From NCBI RefSeq assembly GCF_963921235.1, contig NC_086097.1, positions 161,636,001 through 161,700,000 on the forward strand: DNA of 64,000 bases, written 5' to 3'. Positions within the stretch are counted from its first letter, which is position 1. Each line of letters opens with the position of its first letter. This document shows positions 62,879 through 64,000 of this stretch, piece after piece. Position numbers and translations under genes: made by a program. The stretch comes from Mobula hypostoma (lineage: Eukaryota). The notes below the pieces were generated by a model. That model was given only the letters and a program-made list of their open reading frames with translations, was not told the DNA's origin and did no database searches.

Positions 62879-63059
62879 CAATAGTGAGTTCATCACAGAT
62901 TGGATAATGGAAATTAAGAAAATTTTGTCTCTTTATAAATGCTATTCACACTAAAAATATGAGTAATTGTAACATTACTACAAATTTACATTTTTTTTTA
63001 CAAATAAAAAGACTTCATCACTGTGGATGTAAGTGCTACTGGGCAACAGTCATTTAGGC

Positions 63060-64000
63060 AGGTTACATCACTCTCCTTGGGCACAGTATGATTGAAGCCT
63101 GCTGGAAGTAGGTGGGTACCACACACTGCCGAAGCAAGAGGTTGAAGATATCGGTGAACACACCAACCAGTTGGTCAGCGCAGGTCTTCAATACTCGACC
63201 AGGTACTCTATCTGGACAGGATGCTTTCCTTGGATTCATTCTCTTGAAGGCAGCCCAAAAGTCATCTACAGATACTGTGACCAAGGGATCACTGGGGGGC
63301 ATGGGGGTGTGTGATGGTTCCTCCTGTTCTGGTGGTCAAAGTGAGCATAGAAGGCATTGAGCTCACCTGGAAGAGAAGTTCTGCTGTCCCCTATGTTGCG
63401 AGATTTAACTTTGTAGGAGGTTGTGGCATTCGAACCCTGCCACAGCTATCAAGCATCCCTCATTGATTCCAGTCTTGTCCGGAATCTCCACTTCACTCCT
63501 GAGACGGCTTTCTAGAGATAATACCTGCACCTCTTATAGCATTCTTGAACGCCTCTGATCTAGCTCTCAGCAAGTTCCGGGTTTATTGTTCATGCGGGGT
63601 TTCTGATTGGGGTAAACCCTGAATGATTTTGTGGGGACACACTCATCCACAGCTGTTTTAATAAAGTCCGTTACAACCCTGGCATAATCATTCAGGTCCC
63701 CAGATGAGTTCTTGAACACGGCCCAGTCCACTGTCTCAAGACAATCATGTAATTGTTCCTCTGCCTCCCACAAACACCTCTGAGTTGTCTTGATCTTTGG
63801 AGCCTTGTATGTATGCAGGTAGCAGGAATACAGCCAAATGGTCTGATTTGCCAAGATGTGGTCTCAGAAAGGAATGATAGGCAATCCTTATCATAGTGTA
63901 GCAATGGTCTAGTGTGTTGGGACCTCTGGTGCAATAGGTTATGTGCTGGCAAAAATTGGGCAAGGTTTTCCTCAAACAGGCCTGGTTAAAGTAACCAACT
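63060..64000 (-). mobile_element. Rex1/Babar ORF fragment (APE end to RT start), runs off the window
   Basis: TRGPNTLDHCYT, HLGKSDH, PNQKP, PRKASCPD.VPGRVLKTCADQL. Confidence 0.85.

Overview
Vertebrate genomic DNA, most likely from a cartilaginous fish (inferred from the repeat families), dominated by transposable elements. No host protein-coding gene could be identified with confidence. Contents: several CR1 LINE subfamilies (one near full length at 215-4375, one young copy with an uninterrupted 869-aa APE-RT frame), a decayed full-length I-group (Nimb/I-like) LINE with CCHC gag, APE, RT and RNase H, Rex1/Babar and L1/Tx1 fragments, a Gypsy integrase+LTR fragment, Tc1 remnants and about ten Penelope-like (GIY-YIG) insertions. 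The most notable observations are: (1) the Penelope termini carry a minimal type I hammerhead ribozyme, with two intact same-strand copies bracketing a CpG-island promoter built from CRE-containing 37-bp repeats; (2) a hAT Charlie/Buster transposon can be reassembled from TIR to TIR over 16.4 kb after removing six nested retroelements; (3) two inverted CR1 copies ~30 kb apart share a near-identical defective segment; (4) an old LTR-like direct repeat is followed by a degenerate Lys-type primer-binding site. Element boundaries are approximate unless a TSD or TIR is given.
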